From assembly GCA_934277645.1 (NCBI GenBank), contig CAKQUX010000001.1, positions 386,110 to 450,109 of the forward strand: a DNA stretch of 64,000 nucleotides, in the 5' to 3' direction. A program made the position numbers and the translations under genes. Shown here piece after piece: positions 8,290-17,955 of this stretch. The notes under the pieces are model-generated. The model searched no databases. It worked only from the letters and a program-made list of their open reading frames with translations, and had not been told where the DNA came from. Origin of the DNA: an uncultured Clostridia bacterium (lineage in GTDB: Bacteria; Bacillota; Clostridia; Christensenellales; CAG-917). Position 1 is the stretch's first letter. Each line of letters begins with the position of its first letter.

Positions 8290-11200
8290 GGCGAAACCGA
8301 AAGCAAAGATAAAGGCAGCACGACAACGCCAACTATCGACTACACGAAAGATCTTTTAATCGAAAATTCCGATTTCGTAGTAGCCGATTCTTCGGCAAGC
8401 TATCCGCGCACTGCGGGAAAGTGGACGGGAGCCGTTTTCAGCTCTAACCTTCCAAGCGGCGTTACGGCAGGCATCATCGACGTTTCGGACGATAAGTATG
8501 CGGCAAACAAGTCTACTTGGGACAATCTTTCAAATCCGGGAAAAGCAGACGGCTCGGCAGACAACCGTATGCTTATGATTTATATGCCGAAAAAGGCAAA
8601 CAGCACCGACACAAAACACGGCAACACTGCTTACGGATATACGTCCAATTCTTTCACCATTCAGAAAAATACCTACTACAAATTTACCGTATCGGTTAAA
8701 ACGGTAAATCTTGACGGCGGCACGGACAAGGGCGCAAGAGTTTATCTTTCGTCAAGCGCATTTGCAGAGTTTTCAAGCATAGATACAAACGGCGAATGGA
8801 CAACCTACACGGCTTACATTCAAGGTAGCCAATGGCAAGACAGCACTCTTACCGTGAACCTTTCGCTCGGCTATTATTCTTCGTCGATAACCGCAAATCA
8901 ACTTACCACGGGTTACGCTTTCTTCGATAACGTAAAACTTGAAAAGATGACCGAAAAGGACGGCAAGTCGGCGGCGGCTCAATATGCGGAAGCAGGCGTA
9001 AACGAATACACTCAAAAAATCACTTACTACGTTCCGAACGGCGATTTCGATTACGGCACTCTCGCAAGCGGCTCGTCAAGCGCGCTTCCTTCGCTTTGGT
9101 CTTCGGTCACGGGCGGAAGCAACACTTCTTTCTCCGCTCCTACCACATATCGTTATAACGGCATAGTGGACACCGAGCCAAACAACTTTAAGGAGTTACA
9201 ATCGAAACTCGGCACTTCGAGATATATTTACAAAAAGTATTTAACCATAACAAAAGCCGCTTACGATGCGCTTTCGGATGCCGACAAAGCAAAATACGCT
9301 TTAGTTGCAGGCACCGAAGTTTATAGAAATATCGAAGATTCGGACAACGTCGAAGCGGTCAACTATTACTCGCTCGTCACAAATCCGGGTACCGTTAACG
9401 GTTTGTCGCCAAAAGTCTATATGCTTTCAAACACCTATATGACCGCTCAGGGCATTAAGTCGAGCAGCCCTATCGTCGTTGAAAAAGGCGGCTACACCAA
9501 GGTTTCCGTTTCCGTCTACACTCAACACATTTTCGGCGCAGGCGTGTCCATAAGACTTACGGGCAACGGTGACGATTTCGCATTCCAAAACATTTCAAAG
9601 CCTACGACCGCTCTCGAAACGATTGACGGCAAGGAAATAGACGTTTACCAAGTTACAAACTCTAAAACTAACAGCACGATTTTCTACAACAGCAACGGCG
9701 AAGTCGTGCCTGAAAGCTACTATATGGACAGAGCTGGCTCAACGGGCGGTTGGGTAACCTACTCTTTCTACGTCAAAGGCAATGCCTATATGGACACGAG
9801 CTTCAACGTCGAATTGTGGCTCGGCACAGGCGATACCAGTGAAAACACCGAAAAAACAATTTCTTCATTCTCTTCAACAGGATACAGCTCAAAAACCGAT
9901 TTCAAGACCTACACTGCAAACGGTACGTTCGCAAAAGGTTGGGCGTTCTTTGACGGCGTAAGCGTTTCAAAGATTTCAGAAACGGAATACAACGCAATCG
10001 GAGCAGCGGCAATGGAATATTCTTCGTCTAAGGCAGATAGAATCGTAGACGGAACAACCACAGACGCAAAAATCGACCTTAGTATCGCAAACGGGCTTAC
10101 CGCAAACGCAAACTTTGAAAATGCGGTTAAGAGCGACGGCAACAAAAACTTCGACGAAAAGACGCTCGGAACGCCTGTCGATTGGAAGGCAAACGTAACG
10201 GACGGTAAAGTCGACGGCGTATTCTTGTCGAACGATACGGTCGCAGGAACAATCGACGTGAACTCTTTTGACTTCGCTTCATTAAACCTTACAAACCCGA
10301 AACTCCCTTACGATTTCGGCTCAAGCAAGGTTTATATGGTCTACTCTAATTCAAACATAAAGTACACCTTGCAAAGCTCTGCTTTTACCCTCACGCAAAA
10401 TAATTGCTACAGGATTACCGTATGGCTTAAAACCGACAATGCGTCAAGCGGTATCAGAGTAAGCCTTATTGACGCCGACACCAAAGAAACTCTTAAATCG
10501 TCGTCTGTCGTAAACAGCAAAGACGTAGACAACGACTACAACAACGGTTGGATTGATTATTCGTTCAATATCCGCGGATACTCGAATAAAAATCTAAACG
10601 CTACTCTTTTGCTCGAATACGGCTACGGCACAAGATGGAATGCTTCAACGCTTAACAAAGGAGCAGGTTATTTCGCAAACGTCAGCGTCGTAAACATTCC
10701 GCTTTCAACCTATACTACGCTTTCAAGCAACACCAGCTATTCGACAAGCCAAAGCTACGAAACAACGGAAACGTCAAAGACTATCGCAAACGGTTCGTTC
10801 GGACTTTACGACCTTAGCAAAACCGAAGGCATTGAGGGCGGAAAACTTTCGGGTGACGTCGGTTACGTTAAAAACTGGACAAAGAGCGACAACAAAATCG
10901 ACGCAATCAAATCGGGCGTTATCGGTTTCAACACTACCGACGGACTTAAATATACCGTAGAAAGCGGAAGCCAAATCGCAAACCTTCAAGCGAAATACTC
11001 GCTTTTGAACACACTCGGCACGGCGTCAAGCAGTATCTATGATTCGTGGGAAGCTCCAAACGGCGGACCTAACGCTCTTTTAATCGCAAACACCGATGCG
11101 GCAAACAAGCATGCTGTAGGCTATCAATCAAGCTCTATAAGCCTTAGCGCAAACTCTTACTACAAAATAAGCGTTTGGGCTTATGCTGACGCAGGCGTAA

Positions 11201-12714
11201 AATACAGCGTTTACCTTGACAGTGAAAACACGGTAACGAACTTCTTTGACGAAGCTCCTGCAATCTCTAAAACAACGACCGTAGCGGGCTGGACGGAATA
11301 CGTATTCTATATTCAAGTCGGTCTTAACTCCGCTTCGCTCAATCTAAATTTGTGGCTCGGCGATAACGCTAATATCTTCAACTATTCAAACAAGGACGAC
11401 GCCAAAACAAACGGCTACGTCGTGTTCGATTCGGCTGTTTGCCAATCTATAAATTCTGAAGAATTCGTAGCGGCGGCGCAAGCCGAAAATTCACGCAAGA
11501 TGTCGTTCGTAACCGACGGCTTCGACGCTCAATCGACAAACGCCGAAAGCAAGTCAACTTTGACAAGCGCAACCGGTTGGACGGGCAACGCAGGCACGAA
11601 CTGCGTTAAATCGAACACCAAGAGCGGTATCTACTACTTCTCGGGTGTCGGCGGCGACTATGAAATCAGCGACTTGTTCGGTTTGGACCTTAAAGGAACA
11701 ATCAACCTTACGAGCGGCACGCATTACAAAAACTCGGCAAAATCAAGCGACTTCATCTTGATTGGCGACACAACGGGCAAGATTTACAGCGACCCTGCCT
11801 GCACCACTCTCGCCGACAACGGAATTTATTACAAGAAGTCGGACACCGAAGTCATAACCCTTGCTACAACCACGAACGACGACAAGGAAACCGTTCTTGC
11901 TAAATACGAACTCAACACCGAAGAGCGTGAGGCTTCGTTTATTAACTACAACGACCTTAAAACGCACAGCGGCAAATATGCGCTTGCAATCAACAACGTA
12001 GAAAGCAGTTCGTATTACTACACAAGTTCGAGCTATTCTCTCGCAAAAGAGAGCATTTACAGAATTTCGGTTTTCGTAAAAACGAATATGCTCGAAGAAG
12101 GTAAAGGCGCATTTATCAAACTTACGTCGAGCGGACTTGACTATGCCGACGCAAAGAAGACGTTCTCGAAAATTGTCGCAAACGATTGGACGGAATACGT
12201 CTATTACGTCAAAACTGCAGACGCAGCCCTTAGCGGACTTACCGTTTCGTTGGGACTCGGCGAAGTCGACGACGATGACAACCCTACGCTTTTGACAAAA
12301 GGCTATGCGCTTTTTGATGATTTCAAAATCGAAAAAGTATCCGAAACCGAATTCGACGGCATTGTCGAAAACGACAACGTTAAGAAATTCACCGCAAAAG
12401 ATTCCGACATTTCAATCGGCGGCGACGACAATGGCGATGACGGCGGAAGCGAATATAAACCTGACCTTACCTACTTGTGGTGGATGATTCCTACGATTAT
12501 TCTTGCTGTAGCAACCATTATCGTAATCGTCGTATTCGCAGTCAGAAAGTTCAAGCAAAAACATCCTAAGAAGCAAGAGGTCGAAGCCAACTACGAAACC
12601 GATGCAACCACCACGGAAGCAGTCGAACGCAAGCAAGACCTTTATAAGAACAGCTTCGATGAAAGCAACGGCGTAGTCGAAGAAAAGAAAGCAAAGAAGT
12701 CAAAGAAAAAATAA
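8212..12714 (+). CDS. Large surface protein: lipoprotein signal, five CBM4/9-like jelly-roll repeats, C-terminal TM anchor
   Basis: The N-terminus is MKKKNLIIKLALFVLLLSLSFMLVAC|GE. There are five diverged units ending GYAFFDNVKLEKM, GWAFFDGVSVSKI, GAGYFANVSVVNI, GYVVFDSAVCQSI and GYALFDDFKIEKV. A C-terminal hydrophobic helix is followed by a Lys-rich tail. Confidence 0.85.
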   Translation: MKKKNLIIKLALFVLLLSLSFMLVACGETESKDKGSTTTPTIDYTKDLLIENSDFVVADSSASYPRTAGKWTGAVFSSNLPSGVTAGIIDVSDDKYAANKSTWDNLSNPGKADGSADNRMLMIYMPKKANSTDTKHGNTAYGYTSNSFTIQKNTYYKFTVSVKTVNLDGGTDKGARVYLSSSAFAEFSSIDTNGEWTTYTAYIQGSQWQDSTLTVNLSLGYYSSSITANQLTTGYAFFDNVKLEKMTEKDGKSAAAQYAEAGVNEYTQKITYYVPNGDFDYGTLASGSSSALPSLWSSVTGGSNTSFSAPTTYRYNGIVDTEPNNFKELQSKLGTSRYIYKKYLTITKAAYDALSDADKAKYALVAGTEVYRNIEDSDNVEAVNYYSLVTNPGTVNGLSPKVYMLSNTYMTAQGIKSSSPIVVEKGGYTKVSVSVYTQHIFGAGVSIRLTGNGDDFAFQNISKPTTALETIDGKEIDVYQVTNSKTNSTIFYNSNGEVVPESYYMDRAGSTGGWVTYSFYVKGNAYMDTSFNVELWLGTGDTSENTEKTISSFSSTGYSSKTDFKTYTANGTFAKGWAFFDGVSVSKISETEYNAIGAAAMEYSSSKADRIVDGTTTDAKIDLSIANGLTANANFENAVKSDGNKNFDEKTLGTPVDWKANVTDGKVDGVFLSNDTVAGTIDVNSFDFASLNLTNPKLPYDFGSSKVYMVYSNSNIKYTLQSSAFTLTQNNCYRITVWLKTDNASSGIRVSLIDADTKETLKSSSVVNSKDVDNDYNNGWIDYSFNIRGYSNKNLNATLLLEYGYGTRWNASTLNKGAGYFANVSVVNIPLSTYTTLSSNTSYSTSQSYETTETSKTIANGSFGLYDLSKTEGIEGGKLSGDVGYVKNWTKSDNKIDAIKSGVIGFNTTDGLKYTVESGSQIANLQAKYSLLNTLGTASSSIYDSWEAPNGGPNALLIANTDAANKHAVGYQSSSISLSANSYYKISVWAYADAGVKYSVYLDSENTVTNFFDEAPAISKTTTVAGWTEYVFYIQVGLNSASLNLNLWLGDNANIFNYSNKDDAKTNGYVVFDSAVCQSINSEEFVAAAQAENSRKMSFVTDGFDAQSTNAESKSTLTSATGWTGNAGTNCVKSNTKSGIYYFSGVGGDYEISDLFGLDLKGTINLTSGTHYKNSAKSSDFILIGDTTGKIYSDPACTTLADNGIYYKKSDTEVITLATTTNDDKETVLAKYELNTEEREASFINYNDLKTHSGKYALAINNVESSSYYYTSSSYSLAKESIYRISVFVKTNMLEEGKGAFIKLTSSGLDYADAKKTFSKIVANDWTEYVYYVKTADAALSGLTVSLGLGEVDDDDNPTLLTKGYALFDDFKIEKVSETEFDGIVENDNVKKFTAKDSDISIGGDDNGDDGGSEYKPDLTYLWWMIPTIILAVATIIVIVVFAVRKFKQKHPKKQEVEANYETDATTTEAVERKQDLYKNSFDESNGVVEEKKAKKSKKK
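12475..12543 (+). other. C-terminal transmembrane anchor of the 1,500-aa protein
   Basis: The helix LWWMIPTIILAVATIIVIVVFAV is followed by RKFKQKHPKK and a charged tail. Confidence 0.75.
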
Positions 12715-12771
12715 TCACTAAACTTTGAATCGTTAAAGTGATTAACTTATCAATGACTTAATGGTTAAACT

Positions 12772-12804
12772 AAAAAGGCGAGATAAAATCTCGCCTTTTG
12801 TTTT
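12772..12804 (+). terminator. Rho-independent terminator
   Basis: The hairpin ggcgaga-taaaa-tctcgcc is followed by ttttgtttt, about 60 nt after the stop. Confidence 0.7.
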
Positions 12805-12866
12805 GCCTTTTTTATTTATTACTTACTTTTTTATTTATTCATTATTTGCTTCTCGATTTATTCCAC

Positions 12867-13050
12867 TTTTAATCCTACTTCCGTTTTGCCGTTGTTTCGT
12901 TAAACCTTAATTTAAACCATATTGACATTTTAACTGTTCAATTTTAAGTTCTATTTCCATTTTACTGCGGTTTTCGTTTTAACCTTGGTTTAAGTCATAT
13001 TGCCGTTTTAACTTGTTTTATTTTAAGTCATATTTCCGTTAAAATTTATC
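12867..13050. repeat. Degenerate ~75-79-bp tandem repeat, about 2.4 copies, intergenic
   Basis: Units start at 12867, 12942 and 13021 (ttttaatcctacttcc / ttttaagttctatttcc / ttttaagtcatatttcc). By-eye identity over the full units is ~80%. Confidence 0.7.
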
Positions 13051-13196
13051 TTTATCACAATTAGTTCCTTTGTCAATGTATAACCAGTGTCACGCATATA
13101 GCCGATTTAACATATAGCTTGATTTAATTCCCGATTTTATTACCCTAAAAAATTTGCGGCGTTCTAAAACAGACAATTTCCGTCATACAATTCACT

Positions 13197-13472
13197 ATGA
13201 TTATTTATAAGGTTGAACAAAACGATACCATATTTAAAATAGCTCAAAAATTCGGCTCGACCGTGGCAAAAATCAAAGAACTGAACAACATTTCCGAAGT
13301 CCGCTACGGCGAACGAATTTTAGTGCCTACCCCGAGCGGAAAAGATTATACGGTTGGACCTTTTGAAACGCTGTCATCGATTTCAAAAAAACTTGACGTA
13401 AGTCTTGACAGCCTTACAAAAATTAACGGAAACGAAGTCAAAATCGGCGAAACAATAAAATTACCGCTTTAA
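13197..13472 (+). CDS. Small protein with two LysM peptidoglycan-binding repeats
   Basis: The two LysM-like segments are YKVEQNDTIFKIAQKFGSTVAKIKELNNI and YTVGPFETLSSISKKLDVSLDSLTKINGN. There is no signal peptide. Confidence 0.8.
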   Translation: MIIYKVEQNDTIFKIAQKFGSTVAKIKELNNISEVRYGERILVPTPSGKDYTVGPFETLSSISKKLDVSLDSLTKINGNEVKIGETIKLPL

Positions 13473-13487
13473 ACTTTAAACGCAAAA

Positions 13488-15041
13488 ATGAGTAAAAGTC
13501 AAAATAAAATTTTTAAATCGGTTGCGGTTGTAACCATTTTTGCCGTGATGACAAGAGTCATTTCTTTCTTGTTCAAAATTTATCTTTCACGGGCGTACGG
13601 AGCGGAAACGGTAGGACTTTATCAAATATGTCTTTCCGTGCTTTTGCTATTGCTTTCAATTTCCGTTGGCGGAATGCCTACCGTTTTGTCACGAAAAATT
13701 GCCGAAGCCGAAACGTTCAAAAATTTCAAACGACAAAATGCGCTGACGTTCGCATCGATTTTAATCGGACTTTTAACGTCGGGGATTATCATTGCAATAT
13801 GCTTTTTGATGCGCTCGCATCTAAATTTGATTTTTAGCGATGCACGCGCAGGCGACTTGTTCCTTATTATGCTTCCCGCTCTTATCACGTCGACGATATA
13901 CTGTTCGATACGGGCGTTCCTTATGGGCAAAAAAAAGTTTTTCGCTTTTTCCGTCACGGAACTGTTGGAAGAAATTTTAAAAATTATATTCACGGTTTTG
14001 TTTGCGACCTGCGCCGTATCTTGGATTAGCGGAGCTACGGCAATAGCCGTCGCATTCCTGATTGCCGACTGTGTTTGCGCCTTAGTGCTTGTCATAGTAT
14101 TTTTCGCAAGTGGCGGAAGGATAGCCAAGCCGCAAGGCTTTTTAGAACTTACTAAATCTTCGTTGCCGCTTACCACACTCAGAATTTCCACCGGACTTGT
14201 CGCTTCCCTGACCGCAATAGTAGTTCCGCTTATGCTGACTAAAAACGGGCTTTCTTCAAACGAAGCGACCGCGCTGTACGGCGAAGTGTCGGGAATGGCT
14301 TTGCCTTTAATCACCGCGCCTACGACGATTATCGGTTCGCTTGCAATCGTTCTTTTGCCTGACATGGCAAAAGCAAACGTCCTATGCGACAACAAAGACA
14401 TCGAAAACAAACTCGGCTATTCCCTTATATTTTGCACTTACGTTTGTTCGGCGGCATTTATCGCCTTTACGTCGCTCGGTGTAGAAATCGGCGAGTTGTT
14501 CTTCGGAAATAAAGAAGCAGGCCGTTTCGTTTCGATTTGCGCATCTCTTATGTTCTTTATCGGCGCAAACCAAACGACAACGCCCGTCCTTAACTCTCTT
14601 GGGCTTGAAAACAAAACGCTAAGGAATTATATAATAGGACTTGCCCTGTTCATTCCGCTAATTCTCGTTTTGCCTAAATTCGTAGGGGTTTATTCAATCG
14701 CCATAGCAAACGGCGCAATGCTGCTCGTAAGTTGCTTATTAAACTTTCTCACGCTCAAAAAACGCGGAATAAAACTTAACTACAAATTGAGAAATCTGTT
14801 TATGGCGGCTCTTACAGCGCCTTGTATACTGCTGTCGAATTTTTTGAGAGGAATCTTGAAAAATTATCTTACCGATTTCTTCGTCATTTTGTTTTGCTCG
14901 ATTGTCGCAATCGGCTTGTATACGCTTGTCATCACAGTGTTTAAGGTTATGCCGATTAACTTTTCGTTCAAAATCAGACGCAAGGACAAAAAAACCAAAC
15001 TCACCAAAAGAAAAACAAGAAAACAGACGCTTGCGGTTTAA
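13488..15041 (+). CDS. MOP-superfamily flippase (SpoVB / MurJ / polysaccharide biosynthesis protein-like)
   Basis: This 517-aa protein has ~14 predicted TM segments. Its N-terminus, KSVAVVTIFAVMTRVISFLFKIYLSRAYGAETVGLYQ, is typical of the SpoVB/MurJ-like family. Confidence 0.75.
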   Translation: MSKSQNKIFKSVAVVTIFAVMTRVISFLFKIYLSRAYGAETVGLYQICLSVLLLLLSISVGGMPTVLSRKIAEAETFKNFKRQNALTFASILIGLLTSGIIIAICFLMRSHLNLIFSDARAGDLFLIMLPALITSTIYCSIRAFLMGKKKFFAFSVTELLEEILKIIFTVLFATCAVSWISGATAIAVAFLIADCVCALVLVIVFFASGGRIAKPQGFLELTKSSLPLTTLRISTGLVASLTAIVVPLMLTKNGLSSNEATALYGEVSGMALPLITAPTTIIGSLAIVLLPDMAKANVLCDNKDIENKLGYSLIFCTYVCSAAFIAFTSLGVEIGELFFGNKEAGRFVSICASLMFFIGANQTTTPVLNSLGLENKTLRNYIIGLALFIPLILVLPKFVGVYSIAIANGAMLLVSCLLNFLTLKKRGIKLNYKLRNLFMAALTAPCILLSNFLRGILKNYLTDFFVILFCSIVAIGLYTLVITVFKVMPINFSFKIRRKDKKTKLTKRKTRKQTLAV

Positions 15042-15140
15042 CACCGCAAAAAATCATTTTCGGCTTAACTATTCTCACGATAACTCACGCAAAAACAAAA
15101 TAGCACGCATAAATATTGCGGCTGTTTTCAAACTAATGAT

Positions 15141-15854
15141 ATGTTAAACAATTTCTTACGATGTATAGTTTTATATTTGGTTCTGCTCGTCGCAATGCGT
15201 CTTATGGGGAAAAGACAAATCGGCGAGCTTCAACCTTTTGAGTTTGCAATAACGTTAGTCGTTGCCGATCTTGCCTGCATTCCTATGCAAGACAACACGA
15301 TGCCTATTCTGTACGGCATTATTCCGATTTTCACGTTGCTTGTTTTCCATATTCTCATCACAAAGATATGCGTAAAAAGCGTGCGTTTTCGTAGAGTTAT
15401 CAACGGAAAGCCGACCGTAATAATAAGCGAAGGAAAACTCGACGTCAAGGCTCTTAAAAAGCTCGATATGAACACAAACGACGTACTCGAAGCGTTGCGT
15501 TGCGCAGGTTATTTCAAACCGGGTGACGTAGAATGTGCGGTTGTCGAAACGAACGGCACTGTTGCCGTTTTGCCTAAATTCGCAAACGCGCCCGTCACAA
15601 ACGCCGATATGGGTATCGAGGGCGGACAAAACGACTTGCCTGTCACGGCGATCGTCGAAGGAGTGTTTTTAAAAGACAATCTCAAACAAAACTCGGTAAC
15701 AATCACAAAAGAGCAAATATGCGCGCTTCTCGACAACGTAGGGCTCAGACAAAAAGACGTGTTCCTGATGTCGCTCAGCGGTGAAAACGCATTCATTCAG
15801 CCATATTACGGCGACCCGATAAACCGTAGCATACAGGAGAGTCAAAATGAGTAA
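15141..15854 (+). CDS. DUF421 (YetF-like) membrane protein
   Basis: The signature LVLLVAMRLMGKRQIGELQPFEFAITLVVADLA is followed by a soluble C-terminal domain. Confidence 0.75.
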   Translation: MLNNFLRCIVLYLVLLVAMRLMGKRQIGELQPFEFAITLVVADLACIPMQDNTMPILYGIIPIFTLLVFHILITKICVKSVRFRRVINGKPTVIISEGKLDVKALKKLDMNTNDVLEALRCAGYFKPGDVECAVVETNGTVAVLPKFANAPVTNADMGIEGGQNDLPVTAIVEGVFLKDNLKQNSVTITKEQICALLDNVGLRQKDVFLMSLSGENAFIQPYYGDPINRSIQESQNE

Positions 15855-16227
15855 AACGATTATTGCAATAGTAATTTTGGCGCTTTTGATAACGGGCGGA
15901 ATTTTAGACAATATGAACGTCGATAAGGTTTTCGACCAATTCGACGAAAAATTAAACAGTCTTAAAACGTTAGTCGAAGCAGAAAATAAAGAAGAATCGA
16001 TAAAACAATTAAAAGAAACCACCGCATGGTGGGACGACAAAAAAACAAAGATGGAATTTTACAGCTATTCGCAGGATTTAAGACTTATATCGTCTTGCCT
16101 TGGCGAAACGCTCGGCAGTCTCGAATGCGAAGACTTTCAAAATGCGCTTTCCAAAGTGGAATCGCTTTTGACAATCTCCGCAAACACTCGCGACATATTA
16201 GGCGTCAGGATTGAAAATATCGTCTGA
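15847..16227 (+). CDS. DUF4363-like small membrane-anchored protein
   Basis: It has an N-terminal TM helix and a helical domain containing WW. It overlaps the DUF421 gene by 8 nt, which is the usual pairing in Clostridia. Its 3' end overlaps the murC 3' end convergently by 23 nt. Confidence 0.6.
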   Translation: MSKTIIAIVILALLITGGILDNMNVDKVFDQFDEKLNSLKTLVEAENKEESIKQLKETTAWWDDKKTKMEFYSYSQDLRLISSCLGETLGSLECEDFQNALSKVESLLTISANTRDILGVRIENIV

Positions 16228-17479
16228 CGACTTCGTCGAGATTTCCTGCGCCCAAAATCAAAATCTTGTCATATTCTTTCAAAACCTTTTGTTCGTCAAA
16301 AAAGTTATATACTTTTCTTTCCGAATCGAAGTATTCGCCGCCTATCGCCTCCGCAAGGGCCTTTGCGTCAATCCCGTCCGACGGCTTTTCTCTGGCAGCA
16401 AAGGTTTTATATACGGCATAGCCGTCAAGCATCTTTAAAGCATTTTTAAACTCTTCAAAAAAGCCGGCAGTTCGCGAATAGGTGTGCGGCTGAAATATAC
16501 CGAACACCTTTCCGCAGCTCTTTGCGACTTCTATAGTGCGGCTTAGCTCCGTCGGGTGATGCGCATAGTCGGAGATAACCCCTACGCCGTTTAACTCGCC
16601 CACCTTCTCAAAACGCCGCTTTACGCCCGTAAAGGACTCAATCGAATTTTCGATGCTTTTGTCTTTCACACCGAATAGCCTTGCGACTTCTATCGCAAAG
16701 GCGACGTTCTCTGCGTTATGCTTCCCCATAAGTTCCGACTTTACGTTTATACCCTTATATGTGAAATTCAATTTGCCGTCGCATTCACCGTTAAACTCAC
16801 ATTTCGGATGCAAAACGGCAGACGATAGGTTTTTAAACTTTTTATAATCGTCTTTTCTTATTACGAGTTTTCCGCCCGTTTTAATTCTTTGGGCAAATTC
16901 TTCAAATGCCGAAACGTAACTTTCGTCGGTGGGATAGCAATCGGGATGGTCACGCTCTACGTTGAGGACGACTGCAACATCGGGCGCAAGCGACAGAAAA
17001 CTTTTTTTGTACTCGCACGCTTCCGTGACAAACACTTCGTCGCCGATAAACGAATAGTCGCTCTCGCCGCCTATATGACTTGTAACGCTTATGCCGCCGT
17101 CTTTTAAAATATGACTTATAAGCGCCGTAGTGGTAGTTTTGCCGTGCGCGCCCGCAATAGCCACCGTTTTTTTATGAAGCGAAGCAATATATCCCCAAAA
17201 ATCGCACCTTTCATAGCAAGTCTTTTTTATAGCTCTGATTTTTATCATTTCGGGGTCACTTTCTTTTATAGCCGACGAATACACGACATAATCGAAATTT
17301 GTAAAAAACGGCCTTGGAGAATAGTAAATTTCTATTCCGCTTTTTTCAAGCATATCGGTTACCGAACTTCTCACAGCGTCATAACCGATTACCGTTGCAC
17401 CCCTGCTCAGAGCAAAAAGCGCAAGTTTTGACATACTAACGCCGCCGATTCCTAAAAACAATATCCTTTCTTTATACAT
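16205..17479 (-). CDS. murC: UDP-N-acetylmuramate--L-alanine ligase (Mur ligase family)
   Basis: It has LFLGIGGVSMSKLA and the P-loop AIAGAHGKTTTTALI. The start is set at the ATG at 17479 (MYKERILF), which is preceded by GAGG with a 6-nt spacer. The ORF track starts 4 codons earlier. Confidence 0.75.
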   Translation of the reverse strand: MYKERILFLGIGGVSMSKLALFALSRGATVIGYDAVRSSVTDMLEKSGIEIYYSPRPFFTNFDYVVYSSAIKESDPEMIKIRAIKKTCYERCDFWGYIASLHKKTVAIAGAHGKTTTTALISHILKDGGISVTSHIGGESDYSFIGDEVFVTEACEYKKSFLSLAPDVAVVLNVERDHPDCYPTDESYVSAFEEFAQRIKTGGKLVIRKDDYKKFKNLSSAVLHPKCEFNGECDGKLNFTYKGINVKSELMGKHNAENVAFAIEVARLFGVKDKSIENSIESFTGVKRRFEKVGELNGVGVISDYAHHPTELSRTIEVAKSCGKVFGIFQPHTYSRTAGFFEEFKNALKMLDGYAVYKTFAAREKPSDGIDAKALAEAIGGEYFDSERKVYNFFDEQKVLKEYDKILILGAGNLDEVVRRYFQS

Positions 17480-17552
17480 AATAAGCCTCATATCAATATA
17501 TGCCGACTAGACGGCCTATTTAACTTATTTTGGTAAAATTTAAAATTGGGTA

Positions 17553-17581
17553 TTGAAATGTTGGGATTTTTATATTAAAAT
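17553..17581 (+). promoter_or_regulatory. Candidate sigma-A promoter of spoVG
   Basis: TTGAAA (17553..17558) is followed by a 17-nt spacer and TAAAAT (17576..17581). Confidence 0.45.
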
Positions 17582-17612
17582 ATAATTACCAAAGATAAGG
17601 ATGGTATTAGTT

Positions 17613-17882
17613 ATGTTGAACATTACAGACGTAAGAGTCAGACTCGTCAAAAAGGACGATGCAAAACTTAAAGCAGTTGCTTCAATAGTTGTTGACGATT
17701 GTTTCGTCATTCACGACATCAAAATAATTGAAGGCACGGAAGGCAACTTTATTGCAATGCCATCCCGCAAGACACCGGACGGCGAATTTAAAGACATTGC
17801 TCACCCAATCAATCCGGAAACAAGAGAAATGATAAGAAAGAAAATTTTCGACGCATACGAACTTGCGCTCAAAGAGCAATAA
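17613..17882 (+). CDS. spoVG: Septation protein SpoVG
   Basis: The sequence [63 protein letters not shown] is strongly SpoVG-like. The start is taken at Met5 of the listed ORF. Confidence 0.9.
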   Translation: MLNITDVRVRLVKKDDAKLKAVASIVVDDCFVIHDIKIIEGTEGNFIAMPSRKTPDGEFKDIAHPINPETREMIRKKIFDAYELALKEQ

Positions 17883-17892
17883 GAATTTTAAA

Positions 17893-17932
17893 ACAAAAAA
17901 CCACCGACTAAATCGGTGGTTTATTTTTTTGG
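17893..17932. terminator. Bidirectional rho-independent terminator
   Basis: The hairpin ccaccga-ctaaa-tcggtgg is flanked by an A-run and a T-run. It sits between convergent spoVG and the AMP-ligase gene. Confidence 0.75.
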
Positions 17933-17955
17933 CATTTATTCGTTATTTCTTTTAG

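Noticed and set aside
13622-14410. A 262-aa minus-strand ORF inside the flippase gene.
   Set aside because: It is antisense to a coherent 14-TM MOP-family protein and has no RBS or recognisable motifs.
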